From IMG/VR virus record IMGVR_UViG_3300030325_000003, positions 1 through 26,665 of that record: DNA of 26,665 bases; one strand, written 5' to 3'. Position numbers and translations under genes: made by a program. Source of the DNA: a virus. Its lineage: Duplodnaviria; Caudoviricetes. Below, in pieces: positions 8,903 through 17,750 of this stretch (positions within the stretch are counted from its first letter, which is position 1; each line of letters begins with the position of its first letter). The notes under the pieces were generated by a model. The model searched no databases and had not been told where the DNA came from. It saw only the letters and a list, made by a program, of their open reading frames with translations.

Positions 8903-10387
8903 CTAACGATGCCCCAGTGTATTGCCAATGACTTCCACCATCAGGTACTCGCTCTGCACCGAGGCCCCGTCATTGATCGTCACGTCGAGATACGGGCCCG
9001 TGCCTGCGCCCGGCTGGTAGTAGATACACTGGGCCGCAATCGGCGTGTTGAATGTCGAGGTCGTCGCCCCGCCCAACATCGACTGGACCACGCACGTCGG
9101 GGCCGTGGCCGAGGCCGTGAGCAACGCCGTGACATTCGCCCACCGCCATGACTTCGAGTTCGTCCGCTCCTCGGTGAAGCACCGATGCGCCTGTAACGTC
9201 ATCGTGTAGGCCGAGCCGCCCGTTCCTGCCGCCGCTGTGCTATCCGTGAACCAGTCGGGCGAGTCCACTTCCCACATCAGCCCTGCCGCATCAGGCGGCA
9301 AGACCACGCGCTGTTGCGTCTTGTTCGTCGATTCCTTGATGGCAAACGGGATGGACGGGGCCACCGCCGCGAAAATCGCGCCGTTCCACGGGCCGGACCA
9401 CGCGTCCGTCAGGATGTTGTAGGCGTAGACGCCCGTGCCCGGAATGATGACCCAAATCTCGAACGTCGCCGTATTCGCGAAGACCTGCACCAAGTTCCGG
9501 TACGACGATGCGGCAATCGCGGCAATCGTCGGGTCCGGCTTCTCGGGCGTCCCAATAGGGGTCGCCGCGCCTTCCGTGACCTGATACAAGCCCTGCGGAG
9601 TCGCGACCCACGCCGAGTTGTGGAAGATGTCCACCGCGTTCTGGCCGCAGATGTCGATGTCGTCCGACGCCCGTTGGGGCGATACCGACAGGTCGGACTC
9701 ACCGAACCCCGTCAGGCGGGACAAGCCCGACCGATGGAAGATCATCAGCGAAGCGCCCACGGGCCGACAGGCGATGATGTCCTGATCGCCATACGTCTGC
9801 ACCACGATCTGCCCGCCGCCCGATGCGGCCACGCCGAGCGTATCGCCGTTTTCGAGGGCCGAGTAGTAGACCGAGTTGGCCGAGGCCGCGCTATTCCAAC
9901 CCCAGAGTCGGTTGCCGGACACGCAGATGCCGTTGACCGAGACAGGCGAACCCGCCGTCACGTTGGTCGAGGTCGTACCATCCCACTTGTAGAGGCCACC
10001 GGACTGCGATTCCCCGTAGATGACTTCGGTCGTGGCGTCCTCGAAGATGGCAAGCGAGAGGGCCTTGAACACCGTCCCCGCGTCCATCGTCATCGTCCAC
10101 GTCGTCGTGAAGGACGAGGGCGGGTCTGCCGTGTAGAGTTTCTGCGTCGAGCCACCGACCACGCAAACCTTCGTGAACTTCGGCCAGTAGATACCGACGT
10201 TGGAAGTCGCGGAGAGTCCAATAGCCGCGCTCAGGCACTTGCGCGTGCCCCCGCGACGGGTCGCCGAGCCATAGGTCGTATGGCGGGCGTTCACCATCTG
10301 CCGCGCCTGATCCGGCGTCAGCGCGGCAGGGTCGGAGACGGCGTTCAAACCGCCAATCCAAAGGGCCTTTTCGCGAACCTCAGCCAT
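8903..10387 (-). CDS. tail nozzle / tubular protein B (P22 gp10 / T7 gp12-like beta-propeller)
   Basis: N-terminal GGLNAVSDPAALTPDQARQMVN...GSATRRGG, plus NRLWG and VYYS motifs; all-beta; follows the adaptor. Confidence 0.8.
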   Translation of the reverse strand: MAEVREKALWIGGLNAVSDPAALTPDQARQMVNARHTTYGSATRRGGTRKCLSAAIGLSATSNVGIYWPKFTKVCVVGGSTQKLYTADPPSSFTTTWTMTMDAGTVFKALSLAIFEDATTEVIYGESQSGGLYKWDGTTSTNVTAGSPVSVNGICVSGNRLWGWNSAASANSVYYSALENGDTLGVAASGGGQIVVQTYGDQDIIACRPVGASLMIFHRSGLSRLTGFGESDLSVSPQRASDDIDICGQNAVDIFHNSAWVATPQGLYQVTEGAATPIGTPEKPDPTIAAIAASSYRNLVQVFANTATFEIWVIIPGTGVYAYNILTDAWSGPWNGAIFAAVAPSIPFAIKESTNKTQQRVVLPPDAAGLMWEVDSPDWFTDSTAAAGTGGSAYTMTLQAHRCFTEERTNSKSWRWANVTALLTASATAPTCVVQSMLGGATTSTFNTPIAAQCIYYQPGAGTGPYLDVTINDGASVQSEYLMVEVIGNTLGHR

Positions 10388-10390
10388 TCG

Positions 10391-11074
10391 CTATTGCCCC
10401 CAGTCCGAGGGGTCATCAAAGGCCCCTGCGATGATCGGGGTCGTCCCGACGCGCCCGAGGTCGAGGAGCATTTCTTCGCGGATTTCCTTCGCCATCGCGT
10501 CCATCATAAACGCGGCCTGCGCTTCCGCCCCGCCCTTCCGCAAGGCCAAGCCAGCGGCCCGCCACGCGAGGAGGGGTTCGTAGCCATCAGGGAAGTCCAC
10601 GGCATCGCTATCCGCCGCCAACTGGTCCACACGCGGAGGACGGAAGTTGACGGTCGCGGTCAGCGTGGTCCCTGATTCCACGGGCGACACCTGAATGTAC
10701 CGTCCGTAGGGATACCAGATGTAGTTCGGGGCCGCGCTCAACGCGGGGTTCGGGTCGAACTTGAACTGGCTCTGCTTATAGAAATACCCGCCAGACGACG
10801 TAGGCTTGGCGAGTGCGAGCATCCGATAGAAGTTCTTGGCCGTGTTGCCGGTCCCCGTGGTCAGGGACGCCTGCGTGAAGCGCCCGTCGCTGTCGAGCGT
10901 CACGGTCACGGCCTGCATCTGGTAGGAGTTGATGATGTTGAGCAGGTTCGCGTACTCCTGCCAATGCGCGAGCCCCGCCCACGTCTGGAGCGTGGCGTCA
11001 GACCACTGGTTCGACCCGGTGGCCTGCATGACCTCTCGAATCAGGGCCGTGAGTTGGGTTCGCGTCATTGCCAT
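10391..11074 (-). CDS. head-tail adaptor / tail tubular protein A
   Basis: MTRTQLTALIRE...WSDATL start and L..DSD.VDFPDGYEPLLAWRAA near the C-terminus. Size and position match podoviral adaptors. Confidence 0.8.
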   Translation of the reverse strand: MAMTRTQLTALIREVMQATGSNQWSDATLQTWAGLAHWQEYANLLNIINSYQMQAVTVTLDSDGRFTQASLTTGTGNTAKNFYRMLALAKPTSSGGYFYKQSQFKFDPNPALSAAPNYIWYPYGRYIQVSPVESGTTLTATVNFRPPRVDQLAADSDAVDFPDGYEPLLAWRAAGLALRKGGAEAQAAFMMDAMAKEIREEMLLDLGRVGTTPIIAGAFDDPSDWGQ

Positions 11075-11075
11075 C

Positions 11076-11645
11076 TTACTTCACCTCGATCAACCGCTTG
11101 GGTTCGGCGAAATCTGCTCCGCTCACCATCGGATGTGCCTTCTCGGTCCCGCCACGGACTCGCCGGTCATGCGCGGTTTCCGTGTTGAACCGATCCATCG
11201 ACGTATCCACGGCCTTGTCCACCGCCGCTTCCTTTGCCCGCTCAAGGCGTGCCTTCGCGGCTTCCACCGCACGTTCGGCTTCCTCGACGGGATTGCCAAT
11301 CGCCCGACCGCCCCACCGCTGTTCCACGTACGCCGCCATCTCGGGCGCGGGACAATGGCGAGGGAACATCTGGATCAGGTCACGCGCCGACTTCTCGGGA
11401 ATCTCCCCGTTCTGCACCCGCTCCCACCGCTTGTCTCCCTGCTTCCACCGCTCAAAGAGGCCGAAATACGACGTGCCCCACGCGCCCTCCACCCACTCGA
11501 CGCTCAACCGCTCATCGAGTTCACGGAGGCGCATCACGACATCCATCGGCGGCAGGGGCTCCCCACGGGGACTCACAAGGGTCGGCCCGCCCCCGAAGAC
11601 TTCGGGACGGCGATGAAAGGACGGATCAGGCTGGGATGCAGACAC
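11076..11645 (-). CDS. hypothetical protein (post-capsid)
   Basis: GTG start with GGAG RBS; tiles between the decoration and adaptor genes; LRELDERLSVEW region and a charged C-terminal helix. Confidence 0.7.
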   Translation of the reverse strand: MSASQPDPSFHRRPEVFGGGPTLVSPRGEPLPPMDVVMRLRELDERLSVEWVEGAWGTSYFGLFERWKQGDKRWERVQNGEIPEKSARDLIQMFPRHCPAPEMAAYVEQRWGGRAIGNPVEEAERAVEAAKARLERAKEAAVDKAVDTSMDRFNTETAHDRRVRGGTEKAHPMVSGADFAEPKRLIEVK

Positions 11646-11669
11646 GGGAAGCTCCGAGGAATGAGAGAA

Positions 11670-12140
11670 CTACGAGATGATCGCGATTTCGACGGTGCCC
11701 TTGAGTTCGGGGGCGGTCGCCGCCGTAGCAGCAGCCGCGACTTCCCAGTAGAGCGAATCGCCGGGGTTGCACACGTTGGCACTCGTCGAAGCGGGCGTGA
11801 CCGTCCACTCGACGTTGTTGACCGTCGCCGAAGCGATGATCGTCGCCGTGATGGACGTGGCCGCACTCAGCGTCACCGCCGAGGAGTTGGTCGCATCGTA
11901 GCGCACGAGTTGGGCCGTGATTGCTCCCGACCCACCAGCGGCGGTCGGCCCCTGCATCGCGGCGTTGTAGATGACGAACGTGCGGCCACGCGGGACCGGC
12001 ACGAAGACGGTCGTGGTCGCCGTACCCGTCAGGGCACGTCCGCCCGTCCCGATGGCGGCGGAAAGCGTCTGGAACTGTGCAGCGAAGTTGTTCGGCGCGG
12101 GCCGGAAGTTCCGGGGCCACGGCGTCTTGAGCGGTGCCAT
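11670..12140 (-). CDS. putative capsid decoration/cement protein, Thr/Ala-rich (156 aa)
   Basis: Start revised to ATG 12140 (AGGAG RBS). Beta-rich, ends GTVEIAIIS, first structural gene after the capsid. Confidence 0.65.
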   Translation of the reverse strand: MAPLKTPWPRNFRPAPNNFAAQFQTLSAAIGTGGRALTGTATTTVFVPVPRGRTFVIYNAAMQGPTAAGGSGAITAQLVRYDATNSSAVTLSAATSITATIIASATVNNVEWTVTPASTSANVCNPGDSLYWEVAAAATAATAPELKGTVEIAIIS

Positions 12141-12189
12141 TGTTGGCTCCTGTTCTGTTACTGTCTTGCCGGAAGATACCGGCGTTGTC

Positions 12190-12819
12190 TTAGGGCCGAA
12201 GCCCACGATGGTTCAACAATCTGACGATCCCAGCGAACTGCTCCTGTAGCCGATCCGTTTTCTCGCTTCTCTTTTTCCCTGTGTACTGGAGATATCGCTG
12301 GAAACGGATCGCCACCTTGGCTTGCGGACGACGCGCCACCATAAAGGGATAGACCTCATCCAAAAAGTGCAGAGCGTTGTTCGCATTCAGTGACCACACC
12401 CACCTTGCCTTGCGATTGCTACTCGGATCGGACGACTGATAGTTCAGAGCGGAAGGCCAACGTGTAGCGATCCATTCCATCATATCTCGGTTCGTATTCA
12501 CCACTCTGACGTTGAGGGTGATCCTGCCGATTCGCATGGACTTCCCGCCACCACGCCCATGCTGCGCCAATCCGATATACCCCTCCCCATCCATGATTCC
12601 AGCCATGTAGGCCCGCTCGATATCCGAATGGGTCGATGGTAGTCGAACCCTGACCTTCCGTGTGGCAACTCGCTTGACGATCCGAAGATTTCTGTACTTC
12701 GCATGGTAGCTCTCGCGCATGGAAGCATTGAGACACGCCTTGCACCGATGCTTCGAGCGATCCAGCCAGAACTCAGAACCGTCCTTCTCCTCACCGCACA
12801 CCTTGCACTTGTATACCAC
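12190..12819 (-). CDS. free-standing homing endonuclease: N-terminal C4 zinc finger plus single-motif LAGLIDADG domain
   Basis: ERAYMAGIMDGEGYI motif, VRVVNTN, W.W.L and FLDEVYPFMVARRPQA; CKVC...CKAC at the N-terminus; more A/T-rich codons than neighbours; GGAGG RBS. Confidence 0.9.
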   Translation of the reverse strand: MVYKCKVCGEEKDGSEFWLDRSKHRCKACLNASMRESYHAKYRNLRIVKRVATRKVRVRLPSTHSDIERAYMAGIMDGEGYIGLAQHGRGGGKSMRIGRITLNVRVVNTNRDMMEWIATRWPSALNYQSSDPSSNRKARWVWSLNANNALHFLDEVYPFMVARRPQAKVAIRFQRYLQYTGKKRSEKTDRLQEQFAGIVRLLNHRGLRP

Positions 12820-12821
12820 CG

Positions 12822-12876
12822 GTCCTCCGTGTTGGGGTACTGTAACATAGCGTCACGATACCCCAACACGCAAGAC
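12822..12876 (-). promoter_or_regulatory. RBS-sequestering hairpin overlapping a sigma70-like promoter, upstream of the endonuclease
   Basis: Perfect 12-bp inverted repeat (12828-12839 / 12859-12870), extended after a G-G mismatch by GUCUU:AGGAC pairing over the RBS. TTGCGT (12873-12868), 18-nt spacer, TATGTT (12849-12844). Confidence 0.65.
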
Positions 12877-12884
12877 ATAGCTAG

Positions 12885-14219
12885 CTAGCCATTGCTCCTA
12901 ACCCAGTTAAAGCCTTGGCTATCGGTGTACCCTATGATAGAAGCGTGTGCATTCCGTTGAGATGTCATTACGTTCATGTAAGTGGCCATACTAATTTCGA
13001 ACGCATCCTGCCCCGTCACGAAGCGCACCGAGCCGCTGTTCTCGTACTGGACCGGACTCCAATCGAGCGCATCGACCCAGTTGAGGGACGGCAGGTGGAG
13101 CAGGTAGACGGTGCCGAGCGGGCAGTACGGGTCCATCACCAGCGGGATGCCGAGGATGGTTTCGCACTCGTAGCCGTTCGGCAGGCGGAGCTTCTCGGCA
13201 CCCGTCACCGGTAGCATCCGCTGCGAGAGGACGCTCTGGATCAACTGCTTGCCGATGCCGAAGGTCGTCACGATCAGGTAGTCCTTCGGGTTCGCCGTCG
13301 CGCTCATGCCGGACTTGGCGAACAGATCGGTCGCCAGCGTCCAGATGTCCATCTCCTGCGCGGTCGTCGCATCCGTGTTCGTGCCCGCCGTGTACTTCAG
13401 CGCGTCCCAGTTGCCATACGTCGCCGCAGAAACCGCGTGCAGGGTCGTATAGCCGCTGGCGCGGTTGGTGATGTTGATGAGTCCGTTGCACTGGGCGTTG
13501 AGCGCCGAGCCGGACTGGTTCGCGGCGACCACGATGTCCGTCGCGGCCCCGTTCGTGATGCCCGTCGCCAGCGTCAGGGTGCACACGCCGGTCGCCGAGG
13601 TCAGGACGTTACCGACCGCGCTGATCTTCGCCGTGCCGTTGTTCGTCACGCCCGTCGAATCGTAGACGGTGACGTACATATTGGGCTTGAGCCACAACCC
13701 GCCGGGGCCTGCGCCCGACACGCCGTAGGGGCTCTGCACGACGATGGAAACCGTCGATGCCGCCGTGATGACCACGGCCTTCACGCCCGTGGCGTTGCCC
13801 TGAAGGGCCTCTTCCATGCCGAGTTGGAAGCCCGACGCGAACGCCTTGGTAATCTTCTCGCGGAGCGAGATAAACGCCATCTGCTTCGACTGCGTGCCCG
13901 TGGTGGCAAGGCGGTCGAAGGCGCGCGTGATATAGAACCGCGCGATGCCGACGTTGCCCTGCACTTCCTGCGCCATCGTCGAGTACGGGAGCTGGCCGGT
14001 CGAAGACCACGACCAGTTCACTTCCGTCTGCGTCACGATGTCGAAATACAGGTTGTTGCCGCCCCACGACACGTTGCCTGCGCCACCGGGGCCCTTCTTC
14101 TTGATCGCCGACATCAGCGGCGTCACGATGGGCACCAGCTCCGTGCGGATGTCCTCGTAGAGATTCTTCAGATCACCAGTGAGTTCGGTGTCTGAGATAT
14201 AGGTCACATTCTGAGCCAA
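12885..14219 (-). CDS. major capsid protein (HK97-fold, with insertion domain)
   Basis: 444 aa after the scaffold, with AAGGAG RBS and TTG start. Capsid-like motifs: LKNLYE..., LQGNATG, NGLINI, ILGIPLVMDPYCPLGTVYLL and QRNAHASIIG. Confidence 0.9.
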   Translation of the reverse strand: MAQNVTYISDTELTGDLKNLYEDIRTELVPIVTPLMSAIKKKGPGGAGNVSWGGNNLYFDIVTQTEVNWSWSSTGQLPYSTMAQEVQGNVGIARFYITRAFDRLATTGTQSKQMAFISLREKITKAFASGFQLGMEEALQGNATGVKAVVITAASTVSIVVQSPYGVSGAGPGGLWLKPNMYVTVYDSTGVTNNGTAKISAVGNVLTSATGVCTLTLATGITNGAATDIVVAANQSGSALNAQCNGLINITNRASGYTTLHAVSAATYGNWDALKYTAGTNTDATTAQEMDIWTLATDLFAKSGMSATANPKDYLIVTTFGIGKQLIQSVLSQRMLPVTGAEKLRLPNGYECETILGIPLVMDPYCPLGTVYLLHLPSLNWVDALDWSPVQYENSGSVRFVTGQDAFEISMATYMNVMTSQRNAHASIIGYTDSQGFNWVRSNG

Positions 14220-14252
14220 AGTAACTCCTTACGTACCAACGACTTACGGCTG

Positions 14253-15428
14253 TTAGCCTGCGCTGGCTAGAGGTCGATTGATGATCCTGCTCATGGCATC
14301 CTTCATGTCCTTCGGTGGGCCCTGTGGGGCAGGAGCCATTGCGCCGTTCACGTTGCCCACGGGACGGAGCAACTGTCCGGTGGAGTTGACGGCGGCTTGG
14401 GCCTGTGCTTGGGCTTTCCGAAGGGCCTCGCCTTGTGTCTCTTGGGTGCGCTGGAACGCGGCGGTTTGCTGGACCCACGACTGGAACGGGCCTCGCACGT
14501 ACGCCTCGACCTTGGACCACGCCTCCGGTGGCAGTTGCCCGTTCCGTAGAAGGGGCGTTGTCATCAGGGCGATCTGTCCCGCCACCAACTGACGGGCGAA
14601 GTCATTGCCACCCAACGCCGTTTCGGCTTGCATCAGGACCGGCGCAAGGCGGGTCTGGATAAAGCTGTCGGCGTGTCGGGCGAGTTCCTGCTGGCGCTCG
14701 GTCATCTGAGCGTTCTCCCGCTCCTGACGAATCTGCGCTTCCAACTTGGCGAGCCGCTGTTCGGGGCTCATTTCGTGCGCGAACTCCTCGCGACGGCGGA
14801 TGACGACTTCATCTTCTGCGGTCAGGAGTTCGCGGTTCAACGCCATCTGCGCTTCCAACTGCTCCTGAAGGCTCGTCGCCGTCTGTTCGAGGGTCGTCAC
14901 CTTCTGGCTTACCTGCTCGTGCGACTTCTGCCAATCCGCGACATTATCGCGGTAGTACTTCACTTCGTCCTTCACCTTCTGGCCCCACACGCCATCACGG
15001 GCCATGCGGAGGACTTCGGGCATCGACTTCGTATACTTGCGGATTTCCCCTGTCTCGGGGTCCCTGATTTCGATGTCAAACTTCTGGCTCGGGTCGATCT
15101 GCGTCTTGAACGTCCCGTCCGCGTTCCGCTCGGCGCGAAGCGTGATGTCGTCCCCGTCCACCTTGATCTCGCCTTCCGCGCCAATCGCGACGGGCGGCGG
15201 TGGGGCGTTGGGGTCGGTGGCCACGGGGGTCGGCTCGGGCTGTTGGGCCACGACCTCATCTACACCGACTTTGCTCTCTCTCGCGATCTTGTCGATCATC
15301 GCGTTGAGGCCCACCGGCTCGACCTTGGCGACCGATTCGATGACGGGCGTGACGGACGGAACGGCCTGCGTCGGCTGGACGGGTGCTTCCACTACCGGGG
15401 TTGATGGTGTGACTGCGGGTGCGGTCAT
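14253..15428 (-). CDS. capsid scaffolding protein
   Basis: Between portal and capsid. Pro-rich N-terminus, RNADGTF motif, long Gln/Glu coiled coil, C-terminal PPKDMKDAMSRI helix; GAGG RBS. Confidence 0.75.
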   Translation of the reverse strand: MTAPAVTPSTPVVEAPVQPTQAVPSVTPVIESVAKVEPVGLNAMIDKIARESKVGVDEVVAQQPEPTPVATDPNAPPPPVAIGAEGEIKVDGDDITLRAERNADGTFKTQIDPSQKFDIEIRDPETGEIRKYTKSMPEVLRMARDGVWGQKVKDEVKYYRDNVADWQKSHEQVSQKVTTLEQTATSLQEQLEAQMALNRELLTAEDEVVIRRREEFAHEMSPEQRLAKLEAQIRQERENAQMTERQQELARHADSFIQTRLAPVLMQAETALGGNDFARQLVAGQIALMTTPLLRNGQLPPEAWSKVEAYVRGPFQSWVQQTAAFQRTQETQGEALRKAQAQAQAAVNSTGQLLRPVGNVNGAMAPAPQGPPKDMKDAMSRIINRPLASAG

Positions 15429-15452
15429 TCTTTCCTCTGATGGTGGAGTGCG

Positions 15453-17750
15453 TTACCGCACCGCACCGGCTGGAGCGGCAGACATCGGGCCTGCCGCGAC
15501 GGACGGCGTACCATTCAGGACCGGAGCGGTTCTCGGGTCCTGTGGCATGCCCTTCGGGGGCGGTGCCCCCTGTTCCTGCTCTCCACCCTCGGCGGGCGGT
15601 CCTGCCATCGGTGGGGCGGGCGGAGCGGTCAAGCCGATCTGCTGTTCCACCACCTGCGACACCAAGTTCTCTGCCGTCTGCTTGGCCTGACCCGTGATGT
15701 CGCCAATGAACTTCTGGTACTGGCCTTCCGGTGACTCGGGCGCAGGCGGTTGCGGCCCACGCTTCTTCGTGGACTGCTCCGCGTACGCCTGCCACAACTG
15801 GAGCGCGGCACTCCGCACATCGTCTTCCACCCCGCCCGCGAGGATCAGGTCGCGTTCGAGGATGTTCTGCATCGTCGCGTCGTCGTCCTGCCACAGCAAC
15901 GGCTCGGCTGGTTGACGGAGGCGCAGGGCTTCCGTGATGCGCTTGGCCTTCGCGAACTGCACCTTAGCAGGACCTTCCATATCGCGCACGTCCCCGAACG
16001 GCGAGCGTTCGAGCCACTGTTCCTTGGAGATCAACTGGCGGTCGTAGGCGTTGTCGAGCAACCACTGGCGCAAAGCCTTGGGCTGCGGCACCATCGTCTC
16101 GGGGTCCACCGTCACGTCCACAATGCCATCCAAGTCCGCCGCCGTGAGTTCCGTGGCGAGGTCCGAACGGTCCTTGCCCGTAATCGCGATCTTGCGCGGA
16201 ATCTGGTAGCCGAAGCGCATCCAGCCGATCATCTGCTTCGCCCACTCCGCCATCGCCTCGGCGGTCGCCATCACCAGCGGGGCGAACACGCGCTCCAACT
16301 GCTCGCGCTGGGCGAGGATGGCGCGGCCCGACTGGTCGCTGGAGAACTGGCCCCGGGCTTCCTTCGTGTATCCGGTGAGGTCGCCGATGATGTCCTTCTC
16401 ACGGTCCAACGCTTCCTTGATGTCCGCGCCGACCGTGAAGCCTTGGATCGGCATAATGGACTCGCGGATGTCGCCCGATGTGCGGACTTCGAGGAGGGAG
16501 GTTTCGCCCCCGACAAAGGTTTCGGCGGACACCGCGTTCGTCTTCGTGGCGAAGCGGCCACCGGAGTTCTTGCGGATGGATTCGTACCACTTGGACCAGA
16601 GCATATTGACGCGCATCTGCGGCGCTATCGCCAAGTTGATGCGAGCCGTGGGGTAGAACGAGGGGTCTTCCGAGCCGTCCGTGAAGCGGATCATCGGCAC
16701 ACGACCCATCAGGAGCTTCGTGGGACCGTAGACAAGTTTCTGGCCGACAATGACCGCCGTAAGGCCATCGGGAAGCCACGGGGATTTGCGGGCAAACAAC
16801 GTGTAGCGGCTGACCGTCTTCTGGTCCTGAAAGAGCGGCTGGTAGGCGTACTGGTTCGTCGTCCCGAACTGGCTCACCTGATTGGCGATCAACTGCTGGT
16901 CGAGCGAGTCCGCGACTTCCGGCCCGTACAAGGCCACGGCCTGCGACAGCGGGAGAATCTCGCGGATCAGCCAGTCCATCGGCTCGACGGTCGCGCTCGC
17001 TTCGGGCGACACGCGGACCTGCTCGATGCGGTAGACCTTGGAACACGGCTCGCCCAAGGGGACGGGGCCGTTGCCTTCCTCCAACTCCTCCCACGGACCT
17101 GCTTCGCTATCCCAATAGGACATCATAAAGGACGCGCCATCGGTCTGCGCCCAGTAGATCGCCTCCTGAATCTTCACCCGCATCTTCTGCGCGTCGTACT
17201 GGTACTCCACCGCCCGCTGTTGGGCGTTGGCCTTGCGAAGGCGGTCGGCGTCGGTGTTCGTAGGCTTGAAGGCCCAGCCGGGACGCTGTTCGGCCACCAC
17301 CTGCATCTGCCACGCCAAGGCGGGCCGGATGCAGTTGTCCACGATACGGACGGTATCACGCGGGATCGCCGGTTCCCGCCACGCGCCATAGGCGTTCATG
17401 CGGGACTGGTACTGCGACCCCGCCCGGAACTGCCGGTGGCGCTCGGCCTGCCAAATCTGGCGCTGGACACCCGGGGTACGGCTCACCCACAGGGACTCGA
17501 CGTAGCGGGTCCAGTCGCCGTCTTCCGGCTCGTGGTCCATCACCAAGGGGAAATTGTCGCCGAAGATGGCCTTGAGGCCCTTCTTGCGCTTCTCCTCGTT
17601 TTCGAGTTCCAGTTTCCGCTGTTCCTCCTGCGCCAACGCCATCGCCTGTTCGGTGATGGTATCGTCGGGCGGCAGGGCTTCCCCCATCCCTAAGAGTGAG
17701 GGCGGGAGGAGCAGCGGGGGCATCCCCGGCGTGTAGATCGGTCCCGTCAT
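15453..17750 (-). CDS. portal protein (P22-like podoviral type)
   Basis: 765 aa. Motifs F.AGSQY, RIVDNCIRP, AIAPQMRVN and SGRAILAQREQ; Pro-rich termini; upstream of scaffold and capsid. Confidence 0.9.
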   Translation of the reverse strand: MTGPIYTPGMPPLLLPPSLLGMGEALPPDDTITEQAMALAQEEQRKLELENEEKRKKGLKAIFGDNFPLVMDHEPEDGDWTRYVESLWVSRTPGVQRQIWQAERHRQFRAGSQYQSRMNAYGAWREPAIPRDTVRIVDNCIRPALAWQMQVVAEQRPGWAFKPTNTDADRLRKANAQQRAVEYQYDAQKMRVKIQEAIYWAQTDGASFMMSYWDSEAGPWEELEEGNGPVPLGEPCSKVYRIEQVRVSPEASATVEPMDWLIREILPLSQAVALYGPEVADSLDQQLIANQVSQFGTTNQYAYQPLFQDQKTVSRYTLFARKSPWLPDGLTAVIVGQKLVYGPTKLLMGRVPMIRFTDGSEDPSFYPTARINLAIAPQMRVNMLWSKWYESIRKNSGGRFATKTNAVSAETFVGGETSLLEVRTSGDIRESIMPIQGFTVGADIKEALDREKDIIGDLTGYTKEARGQFSSDQSGRAILAQREQLERVFAPLVMATAEAMAEWAKQMIGWMRFGYQIPRKIAITGKDRSDLATELTAADLDGIVDVTVDPETMVPQPKALRQWLLDNAYDRQLISKEQWLERSPFGDVRDMEGPAKVQFAKAKRITEALRLRQPAEPLLWQDDDATMQNILERDLILAGGVEDDVRSAALQLWQAYAEQSTKKRGPQPPAPESPEGQYQKFIGDITGQAKQTAENLVSQVVEQQIGLTAPPAPPMAGPPAEGGEQEQGAPPPKGMPQDPRTAPVLNGTPSVAAGPMSAAPAGAVR

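Noticed and set aside
12140-12995. Group I intron in or after the capsid gene hosting the LAGLIDADG ORF
   Set aside because: The capsid ORF is intact with a capsid-like C-terminus, and the flanking spacers (65 and 49 nt) are too short for an intron core.
15750-17693. Long plus-strand ORFs (647 aa here; also 9314-10675, 10929-12224, 22440-23816, 23896-24954)
   Set aside because: Antisense shadows of high-GC3 minus-strand genes; Arg/Val/Leu-rich translations with no recognisable motifs.
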